This document shows, one piece after another, positions 1 to 13,200 of a stretch of 64,000 nt of DNA. Within the stretch, counting starts at the first letter, position 1. The number at the start of each line of letters is the position of its first letter. Below the pieces are notes generated by a model. That model saw only the letters and a list, made by a program, of their open reading frames with translations, had not been told where the DNA came from and made no database searches. Position numbers and translations under genes: made by a program. The stretch comes from Dimorphilus gyrociliatus (Eukaryota; Animalia; Annelida), in NCBI GenBank assembly GCA_904063045.1, contig CAJFCJ010000005.1, forward strand, positions 3,935,689 to 3,999,688. The letters are read 5' to 3'.

Positions 1-1603
1 AACGTATACGGGTTTTTTTCGAATAGGCATCTTTCTTGGAAAATTTGGCGTTCCCATTACAATCGTCTTCTTTTCTTCCCCTGTGTTTTAAATGGCTTGG
101 CTGTCGATTCAAGGTCAAAAATTCTATAATCGCATTCCACAAAAAAGTCAATAGGACAGTGAAACGTCTTTATTTTTAACTCATTGGCAACCAATTGATG
201 CGTATAGACTGCCAATTAACCTTCATATACTTCTCTATCCTTCTTCAGGGGATTTCATGTAAATTGTTCATTAAAAGTATAGACTAACTCAATTACAAAC
301 GCTCTTAGAAAGAGTGTCAATGTCATCATTGACTTTACGTACAATGTACAAAAGCATTTAATTTATAGCTGAACAATATTTATAGACTTTTTCAACCTTT
401 TAGTTTGCCGATAAAATACTAAAGGTGATGATGAAAGTATATATCCTATAGCTAAAATAAAGAGCATATAATATTGGCAAACTTTCTAGTATGCGACAGG
501 AGTCTTGAGCTGGAGGGCACGTAAACCTTAATTATATATCATTAATAAACGATTAAATGGAACTCTTTAAGTAAAAGAAGAATATGCAAATATTTATTCT
601 TTCAACATAATTTCATCATGCACAATATTCAATAATTTACAGATGATATGTTCTATTATCTCTAATGTCTTTCCTATGGGAATGAATATTACACTTGCTT
701 ATTATATGTAACATATATAAATACAGTTTATGTTCACATAGAATACTGTACAGTATATTTCTATTTATGAATATGCATGAAAACAGATTTTGTGCTCACA
801 CTATGTATAGATTTATTAGAAAGCATTCTATACAATCTGTTTAGGATACATTAAATATGTGATCTATAGCATACATATGCTTAACGTATGAAAAAAGGTT
901 GCTTTTTTTATATTTGTTACAAACTGGTATTGCCTCCTCCCCCTCGTTCTTTTCCCAGCCTCCCTTATTCGCTTTCTTTCTTCCTTTGAGAAAGAGAAAG
1001 CAAACATTTCACCTTCTACAAACTAAAAATACTTGGTGAAAATATTTCAAAAATTTCATTGAAAGAAAACAGTAAAAGAAATGGAAAACGAGTAAATACT
1101 CGTAAACAAGTAAAAATTTATGGTATATAGAATAATATCTGTATGTATGTAAATACTGTATTTATATATATATAATATATATAATTGTTTTATATAAATA
1201 TACAGTACACTGTACTCTTTTTCGAACTTTCTATCTATATGTATAGAAAAAGGCAAAAAAAAAACTACTGTAATAACGAAGCTTATTTTTACTAACAATA
1301 TACAAATGTTTCGGAACAATAACTGCTTTATAACAAATAATAAGAGCTTATGAACAAGCTGTTTTCCCTCTCACCCTTAGTTTAACATAGTCTTTTTTTA
1401 TTTAATCAAGGTTAAAAACATATTACTCAGACATGAACTATACGGGATAGTTCAATAAACTCTATTTTTTTTGTTATATCCATTGAATATCTTAATGAAG
1501 CTCTGATTGAAGAGTTGGAAAAGAGTGGAGGAGGAATACGAGAATAATAGAGATTTTCTGGAATTTTTTATGCGCCATCTGCTTTATAGCTTCTCAGAAT
1601 AGC

Positions 1604-1628
1604 ATATATATATATATATATATATATA
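1604..1628. repeat. (TA)n microsatellite
   Basis: Direct reading. Confidence 0.9.
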
Positions 1629-2821
1629 AACTGTATATCTCCATATTTCTTTGTATATATACATATATAATATACTGTTAGTTTATAAATAGTTTTATTT
1701 TATAACATCCATGTCTATAAAAATAGAAATTTAATAAAGAAAAGGAATAATTAGAAAAAATAATGTAATCTGCAGTTTAGACTATTAAATGAGATCATTG
1801 ACAGATTTTTCTAAGGATGGTTGCGCTTGGGGAAAACAAAGGAGCAGAGTAAAAAAAGAGAAGAGTGTCTAGACTTTTGGCGCGCTATGAGATAAAAAGA
1901 AAAGAAAAATATAAATCTGAATAATAAGGTTAACGACAAAAGTAAAGAAAATAATAGTAAGTAGGGAAAGATAAAAAAGAAAAGAAACTTTAAAATCGCT
2001 CTCTCGAGTAGTCAGACTATTTGATAAGAGCAGTTAATTTGTAGTTAAATATAAAGGAAGGTTTCCTTAGATGTTGTCAAATGGTTAAGATAATTAATAT
2101 AAGTAATATAATGGAGTTCAATAATGTTTAATAAAAGCTATCCTGAAGAATAAAATAAGTCAAATAAATGGATGAAAAACGAAAAAAAGAGTATAGGCCT
2201 ATTTACTTTCCTCTTTTTTTTCCTTTTCACTTCTACAAACAAGGAAGCTGATGCGAGAATAATTTTAAAAATAAACGTAAAGTGGGGAGAAGAAAAAGGT
2301 TCGAACGGCGAATGTACTCCAGAGTCCAAAATGTGTATAGTATAGGTTTTCGCTTTAGTAGGTTAGTGTGAATAGCAATCTTATATATAAACGGTTATAG
2401 GAAAGCTATTTTTAGAACGATGCTCGAGGTTTTTACGCCAAGATTAATTTTACTTGTTTGCCCTATAGTAAAAGAATATATAGAGGGAATTGAAGGTGTG
2501 AATATTTTATTCCTATATCTGCCTCTGGTACTTTATAAAATCTTATTATACCGTCTATATATCGATTATAACGCGATGAATGATAAATCGTTCTTCCCTG
2601 CTCCTGTCGCTAAATGCCTCTAGTCGGGATATGCGCTGAGTAAAAAACCCTGCTTTTCTATTCTTGGATCTTGCTGTACACGCAGCCGGAAACCGTAAAT
2701 ATAGGCCAACCGCTAACGCTTGCGAAGAATACTTTATATCGGCCATACTTTTCTTATCATTTGGAGTTTCCAGTTGAAAATAGTGATATAAAACAGTTTA
2801 TTTACAAAAAAGCTTTAAAAC

Positions 2822-3888
2822 ATGCATAGAGCAAAAAAGGCCGGCATCGCTTTGGATATTGAAAGGAAATTAGAAGAGGTATTAAATTAATAAAATAAGA
2901 CAAATTAGATAGAGAAAAGAGAGAAAGGGTGTAAGAGATAGAAAGAGAGCGAGAGAGAGAGAGACAGGCGGATAGAAAAGAATGAAAAAGAATGGGAGAA
3001 AAAGGCTGGGAGGGTAAAAGAGAAATTGTAAAATTTCATTAGCTTTAAAACATCTTTTCAACCTTGTAGAAATACAACGAAGAAGACGCCCTGGGAACGC
3101 CCGATAGAGTAATTAAATGGATAAACGAAATTTTGAAAGGAGAGCATGCTCCCTGCGTTAGTTTACCTTTAATCAAATTCAAACATAGACTTTTGATGAT
3201 TGGAAAGAAAAATTTAATCTTTTTTCAATTACTTTTATTAGACAAGAACCGGATGGAGGCATTTGCAATTCCATTTAAGAGATGGTATCGTATTATGCAA
3301 GTGGGTCTATAGTTTGGTTTTAAAAATAAACCTGAGAGCCATTTGCCCAGTTACTTAAGTGCTTTGTTCATTTTTTTTATTTAGGTTTATAAACAAACTA
3401 CTGGAAAGTGAGGAAAAACAAACTGTTAAATTCAGTAAAAACTCCCACACTGCTTTCATAGCTATGGAGAATATTGAGCACTTTAATAAGGTTTATATGA
3501 CTATACTCTATCCCTAAAACAAAAATTGGGCGAAATGAGTTACTTTACTTAACCATTTATCAATTAAACTCTCTAAATCTGACAATTCTATAGGGAGCAG
3601 CTAGATATGGTCTTCATGAAACTGATCTATTCCAGAGCGTGGATTTGTATGAAGGAAGGAAAGGAACGTTTCTAAACATCATCAACTGTTTGAATAGATT
3701 AGGTTTTATGGTAGGTTCTAGGAATTAATGAAACATTTAAACAAAAGGAAAAACTCAATTCTATTCTTCTTCTGTAATTCATCCGTTTTTTTTTCTTTAT
3801 CTCTCAGGCAAATGAGAAGGGTTTCCAACCGCAATACGAAGCCATCAAACCCCCAGAGAGAGATGCGGAGACTTGGAGTTCTACTTAA
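2822..3888 (+). CDS. Myophilin/transgelin/MP20-like single calponin-homology protein, 6 exons, ~168 aa (not in the ORF track)
   Basis: Exons 2822-2878, 3070-3156, 3242-3300, 3385-3490, 3594-3710 and 3808-3888 are joined by GT-AG introns in consistent phase. Translation: MHRAKKAGIALDIERKLEEKYNEE...HLRDGIVLCKFINKLL...MENIEHFNK...DLFQSVDLYEGRKG, which contains the CH-domain motifs DGxVLC, MENI and DLFQxVDL. Confidence 0.9.
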
Positions 3889-4047
3889 ATTACTTTTAAA
3901 GTAGACAATTGAATGTAGTATTCGATTAGATAAAGCAGCTTAGTTATTATGTCAACTCTAGAAAACGTAATTTATCTGAAAATACTATAAAGTGTACTAT
4001 AATATAAATGATATATACACAGTATAGATATAAATACTAATATATAG

Positions 4048-4049
<2 letters not shown>

Positions 4050-4085
<36 letters not shown>

Positions 4086-4101
4086 TATATATATATATAT
4101 A
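4050..4101. repeat. (TA)n microsatellite interrupted by CAG
   Basis: Direct reading. Confidence 0.9.
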
Positions 4102-5330
4102 GTGCATATGTTATATATTTCGAATATCGAAGTGATCTAGGTTGTCCAATATTTGCTTATTTAGTTATATAAAGGCTCATACTAAAAATAGAATGTCAAA
4201 CTATATTTAATAATGGCAGTGGATTTGTATGAAACAACATTAATTCATCAGAAATTACTTCCAACACTGAGAATATTTAATGAAGCTTCTAACTAATTTT
4301 CTTTCATTGAAAAGAAAAGTTTAACATATAAAGAGAATAAAATAATAATTATTACTATGAATAAAATATTTAAATAAATACGATTAGCTCGTTTAAAACA
4401 ACATCTCTTAAACCTTTATAAAAACGTTATAAGATAGTATAGAAAGAAGAAAAAAAAAAGATCGATAAAAGGAGAATGAGAGCTTCATCTCTTCCAAATT
4501 CATTGCACAATCCGATTTCTTTTTTATTGGAAATCGAGAGAGAATAGAATAATATATTTTTACAATTCTGTCTATTGTATACCTCATTTAACACGTACGA
4601 AACATAAAACCTTTAGCGGACTTTATTAGCGACACAAATACTACATAAACAGTGCTAAAGATGCCTACGGCAGTGTACTCAACTTTTATCAACAGAAGAT
4701 AGCTAACTACGGGACAGAACTCTTTCCTAATGAGACGCCATCTGAAGTAGTTCATAGCAATCCTATAGGCATTTCTTTTCTACAAATTCCTATTCCTTAA
4801 TTTCGCTTTATAGTTGCTATCTCTTCTTTGTATTTTCATTTCCAATCTTATTTTTCCCTTAATTCTTTCGTTGATAAGTCTTGAAAGCAAGACAAAAAAA
4901 GAGACAGGGAGACCAAGACAGAATGATCGAAGGAAAGAGAGACAGATGAATCGATTTAGAACCAGCAATTTTTCTCCTTTTATTTTTCAAGTACAAAAAC
5001 ATTGCATTTTCTTTTTTTTCATTTCTTCTTTTATCATACAACTCATTCCTCTCAACTATTTTCTCAGGTCATTTCAATTATTTTGTTAGGAAGTATTTAA
5101 AAAAACCTTTCATCTCTTATATTTTATCAATTTAAATCGACGCTCCTATAACCGTCGACCCACTTTTTGTCATTTCCGAATAAATAAAAGTACAAAGTCT
5201 AAAGTAATAATATCGATAGTAATAAAAATCTGTAAATATTAAAAATATCGAATCTAAGCGTTCAATCAAAATATACTAGTGACGCTTTTAGACAAACCCT
5301 TTTTCTCTCACAAACACACATACACTCTAT

Positions 5331-5349
5331 CTCTCTCTCTCTCTCTCTC
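5331..5349. repeat. (CT)n microsatellite
   Basis: Direct reading. Confidence 0.9.
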
Positions 5350-7282
5350 GTTTGCTCTAATTATATATTAACAAACGGCTATAGAGATTTTTTATCAATT
5401 GAAATATTCTTGTTCGAGTTCTTTACAAATGTAGCTTAAATAGTAATGTACCTATGTTTATTACATATATTACATATGTATATAATATAAAAGGCGTCTT
5501 TTGAAGTTCTCTCAGCTGTAGAAATTAAAGGAATGTAGTTGCTTATTACAAGCGTCAAGTTGTGATAAAAATGAAAAAAAGACTTATGGACGTTACCTTC
5601 GTTTGATAAATACTAACTTCCATTGCTAAGCAACGGATGAACACTAAAGCAAAGTTGCAAATAGGAAATAACGTACTATTGTAGATTTAGCGTACACTTT
5701 TGTGAGGTTGGCCCTTATCGCTCAACAAATAGAAATTGAATTATTAATCAAAGATAGCTCTAAATATGCGTATTTAGCATTCCAGAACACCTAAAAACAT
5801 TGATTTCGTTGAGTTTAATAATCTTATGTAATTAGAAACGAAAAGAGGAACATAGAGAGCTGATGAATAAACAAAAAAGGGATCATAGTAAAATTAATTA
5901 TCAAAGATTTTTTGTAGTCTTCCAGTAGCTCTAATCGGGTCCTTAAAATGGTGCTTGACAGCATTTTGACTTCTAAAAGACGAAAGAAAAGAGATTATGT
6001 AACATCGAAAAAGGCTGGAATAGTATATGAGAAAACATGATAGACGTCAGATGTCGCTCTTGCTAGATGATATTCTATCCATCTTTAACGTTCTCTCCTT
6101 GTTGTTTTTCTTCTATTGTACACTTATTCGAATGCAATGAAGATAAGCATGAAGAGGCTGTCCTCTATCCGTGTCATTTTTTAATCAAATGAAATAAATC
6201 TTACAAACTAATTACTAGGTAATTAATTAATAATTAACGTACTATTTAAAGTAATATATTTTAATACTTTTACTTAATTGTTTAGTATTCTGATATTAAA
6301 AAATCTTTACTATATAGTTGAATTTATATAAAAAAATATACTGTACTTATAATTTACAAGCGACTTTTCCCAAAGAGTCGTCTCTTCTTTAAGACTATAT
6401 TTTCTCCCTAAAAAGGCCTACAGCGAATTTAAAAAATCTTCTCTACTTCCCTAATACATTTTTTACTCAAGTTCTGTAAAATACTCGCTTATAGACAATT
6501 TTTTTTAAGTTTTAAGAAGAAAACTCTTTCTCCTCTTCTATCAGCTTTTTCTCGAACCATATTTCTTCTTTCCTTCTCTCTTTAATTTTTACTTTTTCAT
6601 CTTCTCTAAACAGGAAAAATGAACGTTTATCTTGCTTCTTTGTCATCGTTTTATCATTTAAGAGATTTTGCATATTTCAATTCAAATTTAATATATTCAT
6701 TGTTTATTTATTGTATTCTATTAAATTGGTAACAGGTGTTTTAACAGGTCAGGCGTATTAAGTAGAATGAACAGTACGCCATCTATCGCCCTTTTTTGTT
6801 TCAAATAGATTACAAAATAGTCAAGTGATAGGCCTATTGACGATATGCGCTAAACGCGGAGAACGTAGAGTAAGCTGAAGCTGCTTTTTTATACAACAGA
6901 ACATAGAACGATGGCAGTATAGGCAACCGTATAAGATAGTAGAAGTTGTAGAAGGGGAAATTTTTATAGAAGATAATAAGGATTATTGCAGAGGTAAGAA
7001 AAAAAACATCTCTATTATTGTTCGCTTCTTCGAGTAAAAGCTTGCGAAAAAGCCAAAGGATCTTTCGATATTGCTGTAATTTTGTATGAAAAAGATGCTT
7101 AACTAATTAACCTATGCTATAAAAAAAATCCGACCTAGATAACATGGAGCAGATGGCTTTTGTGCAAGCCGCAAATTTTGCGGTTTTTAGCGTACATCGA
7201 TTTTGCGCATACACTTTCCAATTTTTTTATTTCTGTAAAAACAGTATGCTATTATTACAGGTGGGTAGGCCTTGATTCCGTT

Positions 7283-10200
7283 ATGGGAGCTCTTTACGAA
7301 GACGTTGAGAGGTTCTTTGGCGATATCTTTGCCGCTTATGGGAGAATTTTAGCGAAATGGCCTTTTTGCTTTATAATAGCTTCAGCAGTTTTGTCTGGTC
7401 TACTTGGATTTGGTTTGTTCAAGATTCGTATGGTAACCGATGTTGAACTATTATATACGCCTATCGGAAGTGACGCTCAAAAGCATAGGGATTATCTTAG
7501 CAGGCATGCGATTTTCCTTAATTAAATTTCCATCACATACAAAAAATACGAAAGAAATAAGAAAAAGATTTCAATAGACAAAGTCATTACTATTTATAAG
7601 ACAACCGTCGTATTTATTTTTTTTTAAAAAAACAAAATGTTACCAAAAATTAAAAAAAATCGCATTCCTACTACTTTATTCACACGAAAATAACATCATT
7701 AACAGACTCTTTGAATCAAATTCTACTAAATTCTATTCCCATCAACAATTTTATGTTGGTCCTTACGCCGACCTCATTTTTACTAGACCTTTTGTTAGAT
7801 CTAATAATATCCTGATGGAGGATTCATTATCAGAAATTGATTATGTTATTGAAAAAGTTATGAATATAACGGATTATGAAATTGTATGTGCAAGAAACGA
7901 CGGTCAATGTGCTATTGACGGTATGGACTCCATACGAAAATGGAATAGAGAAAGATCAAGAGTTTGTGGTTTATCTGGTGCTAATAGCGACGCAGATGAT
8001 TATTTAGCTATAACCCACAAAATAGGCGATTGTGTCGACTTGGCTAAAGCCTTAAAAATTAGATTCTACTTAAGAAGGGATAACGAACGAATATTAAGAG
8101 ATTCAAAGGAATGGCAGAAGAGATTTATAAGTTTACTTAACAAGTTAAAATCTGAATTAAACTACACAGTGGTGAATTACGCCGCAACCGAATCGTTGAG
8201 TATTGAATTAAATGCCAGGGTCAGAGTTGATCTTAAAAAGTTTGCATTTACTGTTCTCATTATGATCGTATATACAACAATGGTAAGTTGTGGAGGGAAT
8301 TGGGTAACTAGTAGGATTAAAATGTCCCAAGCCGGAATTATAGCAGGCACGAGATTCTTAAGCTTTAGAAATAATAATGAAAAAAAACTACATATAGATA
8401 GAGTCATTTTGTAGTTTTATATCGACTATATACTATGTACAGTATGCAGTGGACACTTTTTAGTATATTTAATATATATTCACAAAACAATGTTTTTATT
8501 CAGCATATGCACTATAAATTATATTATGAATTAAACTATTGTATAAACTGTATACAAACTATATTTACGTAAAAAGAAACTGACCTATTTGTAGATAAGT
8601 AAAAAATATATTCTTAAAAATAGCTCATTTAAAAAGAATAGATAGTTTAATATATACAATGAATATACATATAAATCAACTATACAATAAAAGCTAGATG
8701 GATTAATTGCAAATAAACAACAAACTAAGAAAGTACAATTTACATGTTAATTAATTAACTCAATGAATCGTACAGTTCATTAGACTCTTACTATGATGGA
8801 AAAATATATAAATTATGAATAATTCTCTTCTATACGAATCTGAGAATCAATTCTCGGTTCTTTTATAGATCTATTCTAAATTAATAGATCATTTTATTCC
8901 CAGATATAATAAGATTGATACGTTTTATTGATAATTTAAGCTATTTTGTGGTTCATTAAGCGTCACATATTACAATTAATTAATATTGAAAGAAGATTGA
9001 TAACATTTTCAAACTTAATAATAAAGAATCTCGTTCCTACTCTTAATTAGCTCTCCTAGCCATTCTGGGTTCGTGTGGACTATTAAGTGTTCTGGAAATT
9101 CCTTTTGCCGATTCTTGCGGTGTCATGCCATTTTTAGTTTTGGGAGTTGGGGTCGATGATATGTTTATTCTTATGTCCGGTTGGAGACAAACAGAAATTA
9201 CATCATCCGTTGACGAAAGAATAGCTCAGACGCTCAGGTCTTCTGCAATTAGTGTTACTATTACTTCACTTACGGATTTATTAGCTTTCTGTATTGGGGC
9301 AACGACGCCGTTCTACAGTGTTAGATGTTTCTGTGTCTATGCTGGTAAGTAATTTTTCTATTAGACGGAATCGACGTTTTACCTGTTCTACCTTTTAAGT
9401 GAATTGTGATTGACCAATGTCAATATTTTTGTAAGTTATATCATTATTCTGCTCCTCCTACTACAATGGACTCATTATTTGGTACTTTTAATTTCTTTCT
9501 GCTTATAGCCCAAAGCAAGGCATTTTATGAATGCTAGAGGCCCAAACAATCTCCCCGAATATGTTTTTTACAACAGTGAAAAGAAGCTGAAAACGACCTA
9601 ATTCATTGCCTCTTCTAAGTTTTTAATAGTTGCTAATGGCATACAACATAGTCACAGTACGAAATAAGTCTGTCAATCTCCCATTTTTATCGTGTGCGAC
9701 AAACATCTGTAGAGACTAAATTGTAAACTATAAACGCCCGATTTATTTACGTAAATGACATAAATGTATAGTATGTACTTGAGGATCATAGAGAGGTGTT
9801 TACTCGGACAGGAAATGAAGAGAATCGTAAAGTAAAAACAAGACGGCGTATGGTAGTAATTTTCCTTCCCCTAACGAATATATCTTTTAGCTTATAAATC
9901 GTCTTCCTCGATTCCTTTTAGCTTATTAGTCCATCTTCGTGATTGAGCAGGTAGAGTGAAGAACGAGAAGAAATATAGACAAAGAACGAGAGAGAAAAAG
10001 AGAAAATTATAAAATAAAAACAAGACGTAACACTTTATAAAAAGCCTCTCCTACCTTTTCTACCACCCACCTTACCTCCTACTACAGTCGATTGTAGCAA
10101 AGATGTATATTTGTATATTTTATAATTTATATAGCATATATCTGAACGTATATTTATAAATTAAACTTTTTTCTGGGTAAAGGGTCACCCACTACGTAAT

Positions 10201-13200
10201 TTAAGCTTATACACGTAAAGTTACTGCTTTCGAGATATATTTTATGTTTGTATCTGTAAGTATGTGTGCACGTGTTTATTTCTAAGCTATATAGGCTTGA
10301 AAATCTACATATTATCCGACTTCGAAGAAATATTCCCTTTTCGATTGATTACATAGCACTATATTTAATTGTTTAACTCTTTACATAAACTCCACTCATT
10401 CTTGTATAAATGAATATTAAAGAAACAATAATTTGTTCTTTCTTTATAAAGGGGTAAGAAACAGAGTGTACTGTATCTAACCTTTTTTATGCGTCGTCAG
10501 GAATACTTTAATTCCCTCAAGTAGTTTCCAGTGGTATTTTTTATTTATAAATAATATTCATTAAGGTCCTCTTTTATTCTCTCTTCTTTCATCTGGTAAT
10601 CGAATTTCGTACATCTACACATTTTTATACATGTATACTGCATATACAGTATAATATATATATATATGTATTTATATATACTATATATAAAAAGCGTCAT
10701 AAATGTAAATGTATATAAAAAAAACTACTGTCAAACTAAAATTAGGTTTATAATTCTATCTTTTTGTCTTACATGAAAGGGGAATGTAGAGAACGATTTG
10801 TCGTAATGAGACGCTAATCTAAACTTGCTTAAGTCTCACGTTTTCTTGTCAGATGACACGTTAAAACTTATTGAAAAGTATAAAGGTTTTTCGTCTTCAC
10901 CAACATCAATTTTAGCCTTTTTCTATCCCTTTAAATTTGTATAATAGATTAACTAAGAAATTAGGTTGTTTAATATAATCCGAATGGATCGGTTTTACGA
11001 GACGTAGGATAAATACTGGATGATTAGAAGTAGAGCATTAGCGAAATACAAGAAATGAATAGCAAATTCCACTTTCGAAGAACTAGCGAAATTCTTTTAA
11101 TATTTTAATATAGTTTAATATTTGTATTATTATTATTATTATCAATTAGGCTATATTTATAGATATTAGGTGAATAAACGAGGATAGCCAAATATTCTCA
11201 GCATATAAAAGAAAGGGATATTGCAACCGTATAGGAGAAAATCTAGCGGAAAAAGTCCCGTTTATAATCGATCAACCTAATAAGATTAAGCAATGATTCA
11301 CTTTTGGCACTTTTTTGCTTCATAAACTCGATGAATCTTCTGAACAACACTAGACGATTCCTCTTTCTCCCTTCTCCTTTATATTGCAAAGAACATTCTG
11401 TTATTGTTTTCATTTTTTATCTTCACCACTCTTTATAGTTATCTTTAGTCTTTACTCTCTTCTCCACTTGTCTATCAGACAAATAAATAAAAGATTTTCT
11501 GCAGGCGTCGCCATCTTCCTCTGTTACTTCAACCAGTTGACCTTCTTCGCTGGATGTCTCGTGCTACACGCCCGCCGGGTTCATGAATCTAGGCATTGCG
11601 TCACCTGTGTTAAAACCAGCTCCAGAGTCGAATTGAGGAGTAAGGGAATGAATGAGGCCTACGTTCTTTTATGCAGCGGTCATCCTTCTTCCGCTAAGCA
11701 TGGCGAAGCGGAAACATTTTGCCAAAGAGTTCCCGGTGCTAGTTCAATACCAAAACTCCTCCTTACGAGGAATGCGAAATTCTTTTTCTCTTTCAATTAT
11801 ATAATTTCAATAATATATCATCATTTAAAATGCCAAACTAACAGCCAAATGCTAGGGTCGAAGGTCTACATCAGATTCGTTTAGTGTTTAACTCTTTCAT
11901 TCCTTTTCGTTTTTAAAATTCACACGATATTTAAAATAATAGAAGACTCTAAACAGAAAAATAGTGAAAGAATTAAGGGAACTAGAGAGAAGTAAGAGCA
12001 GAATAAATCTAATTCAAATAAATTCTCTACGGAACAGTTTAACACAAGACATGAGCTTAGCTATGAAGGTGTTCAATTGTAAGATTTTACTTATTCCCCC
12101 TCAAAACGGTTAAATTAATATGAAATATTATTGATCATAGATGAAATGATCGATTAATCATGCAAATGATTCTTTTACGGATAATCTCAAAATAAAAAAA
12201 TGAACGCGTCTAATGTATTTATTTATTTTTTCTTTATAAATAATTTATAGTTTTCATAGATTTTTAAATGCAGTGCTACTGTATTTCACTCTAAATCAAC
12301 AAAACCAATTCTTCGTTATTAACTCCGTCAAAATATCAATTTTTTTTTGTTTTCTGTTTTTTTTTGAAAACGAGACACACGAGGTTTTTATGTACTCTCT
12401 CTCTCTCTCTCTTCTGTTTTTACCCTTTTTAATGCAGCAGTACTACTGCAATTTAGATTTTCATTCGTAGTGTTAACTTGACGAATTCCAAATGTTTACG
12501 CAATACGCATTACTCAAATAATCCAACGATGGCGCTATCTAATTAGCTTAGCTAGTTTTGGCATTCTCATTGTAATAGGTTTAATGTTGGCTTATTCTTC
12601 ATTGGGTTTGAAAATAAATTGTCGAATATCATAATCGACGATAGATGGCGTCCTAAGATAACCCTCAAGTAGAATAATACGTATAATATTTATAACATAA
12701 TAATGAAAATTTCGCATCCCTCAGGCCAGTTAAAGTTGTGGTGTGTATTGCTTTCATAGTTTATCTAATTATTTCGGCATTTGCCGCATCTAAAACGAAG
12801 CACGGCCTAAAACTGGAAAAGGTCGTTTCGGAGAGTTCTTACTTCACTTCCTATCTGGAGGTTGACCGTCATTATTTTCCGCAATCAGGGCCAGTCATTA
12901 TGTTGGTTATTGATGGAATGTATGATTATAAAAAAGCTAAAAATCGTCAATTGCTAAAAGAGGTAATAGATCAAGCTAGAGCTTATGGAAATATGGATAA
13001 ATCCTATCAGATATCTTGGATAAGAAATTGCACTAACTTTGAAAATATCAGCGAATTCATTGAGCGAAATCCATCGTTTGAACAAGATATAGCTTGGAAG
13101 GATGATAGGATAATTGCGTCAAGATTCTATGTCAGATCCAGATGGGTATCAACTGCAGATGAGGAAGGGGATCTTATGAAATTTATGCGAGATACCGTTA

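Noticed and set aside
40-210. Minus-strand open stretch AVYTHQLVANELK...KKRRRL
   Set aside because: Bounded by stops with no start or splice support; no family recognised.
2298-2310. GGTTCGAA resembling a tRNA T-loop/B-box
   Set aside because: No cloverleaf, A-box or acceptor stem around it.
4219-4233. 15-nt identity (gtggatttgtatgaa) with myophilin exon 5 at 3639-3653
   Set aside because: The flanks do not align and no splice context fits; likely chance or an uninterpretable remnant.
4630-4800. Short open frame RHKYYINSAKDAYGSV... after a possible acceptor
   Set aside because: No start, partner exons or recognisable motif.
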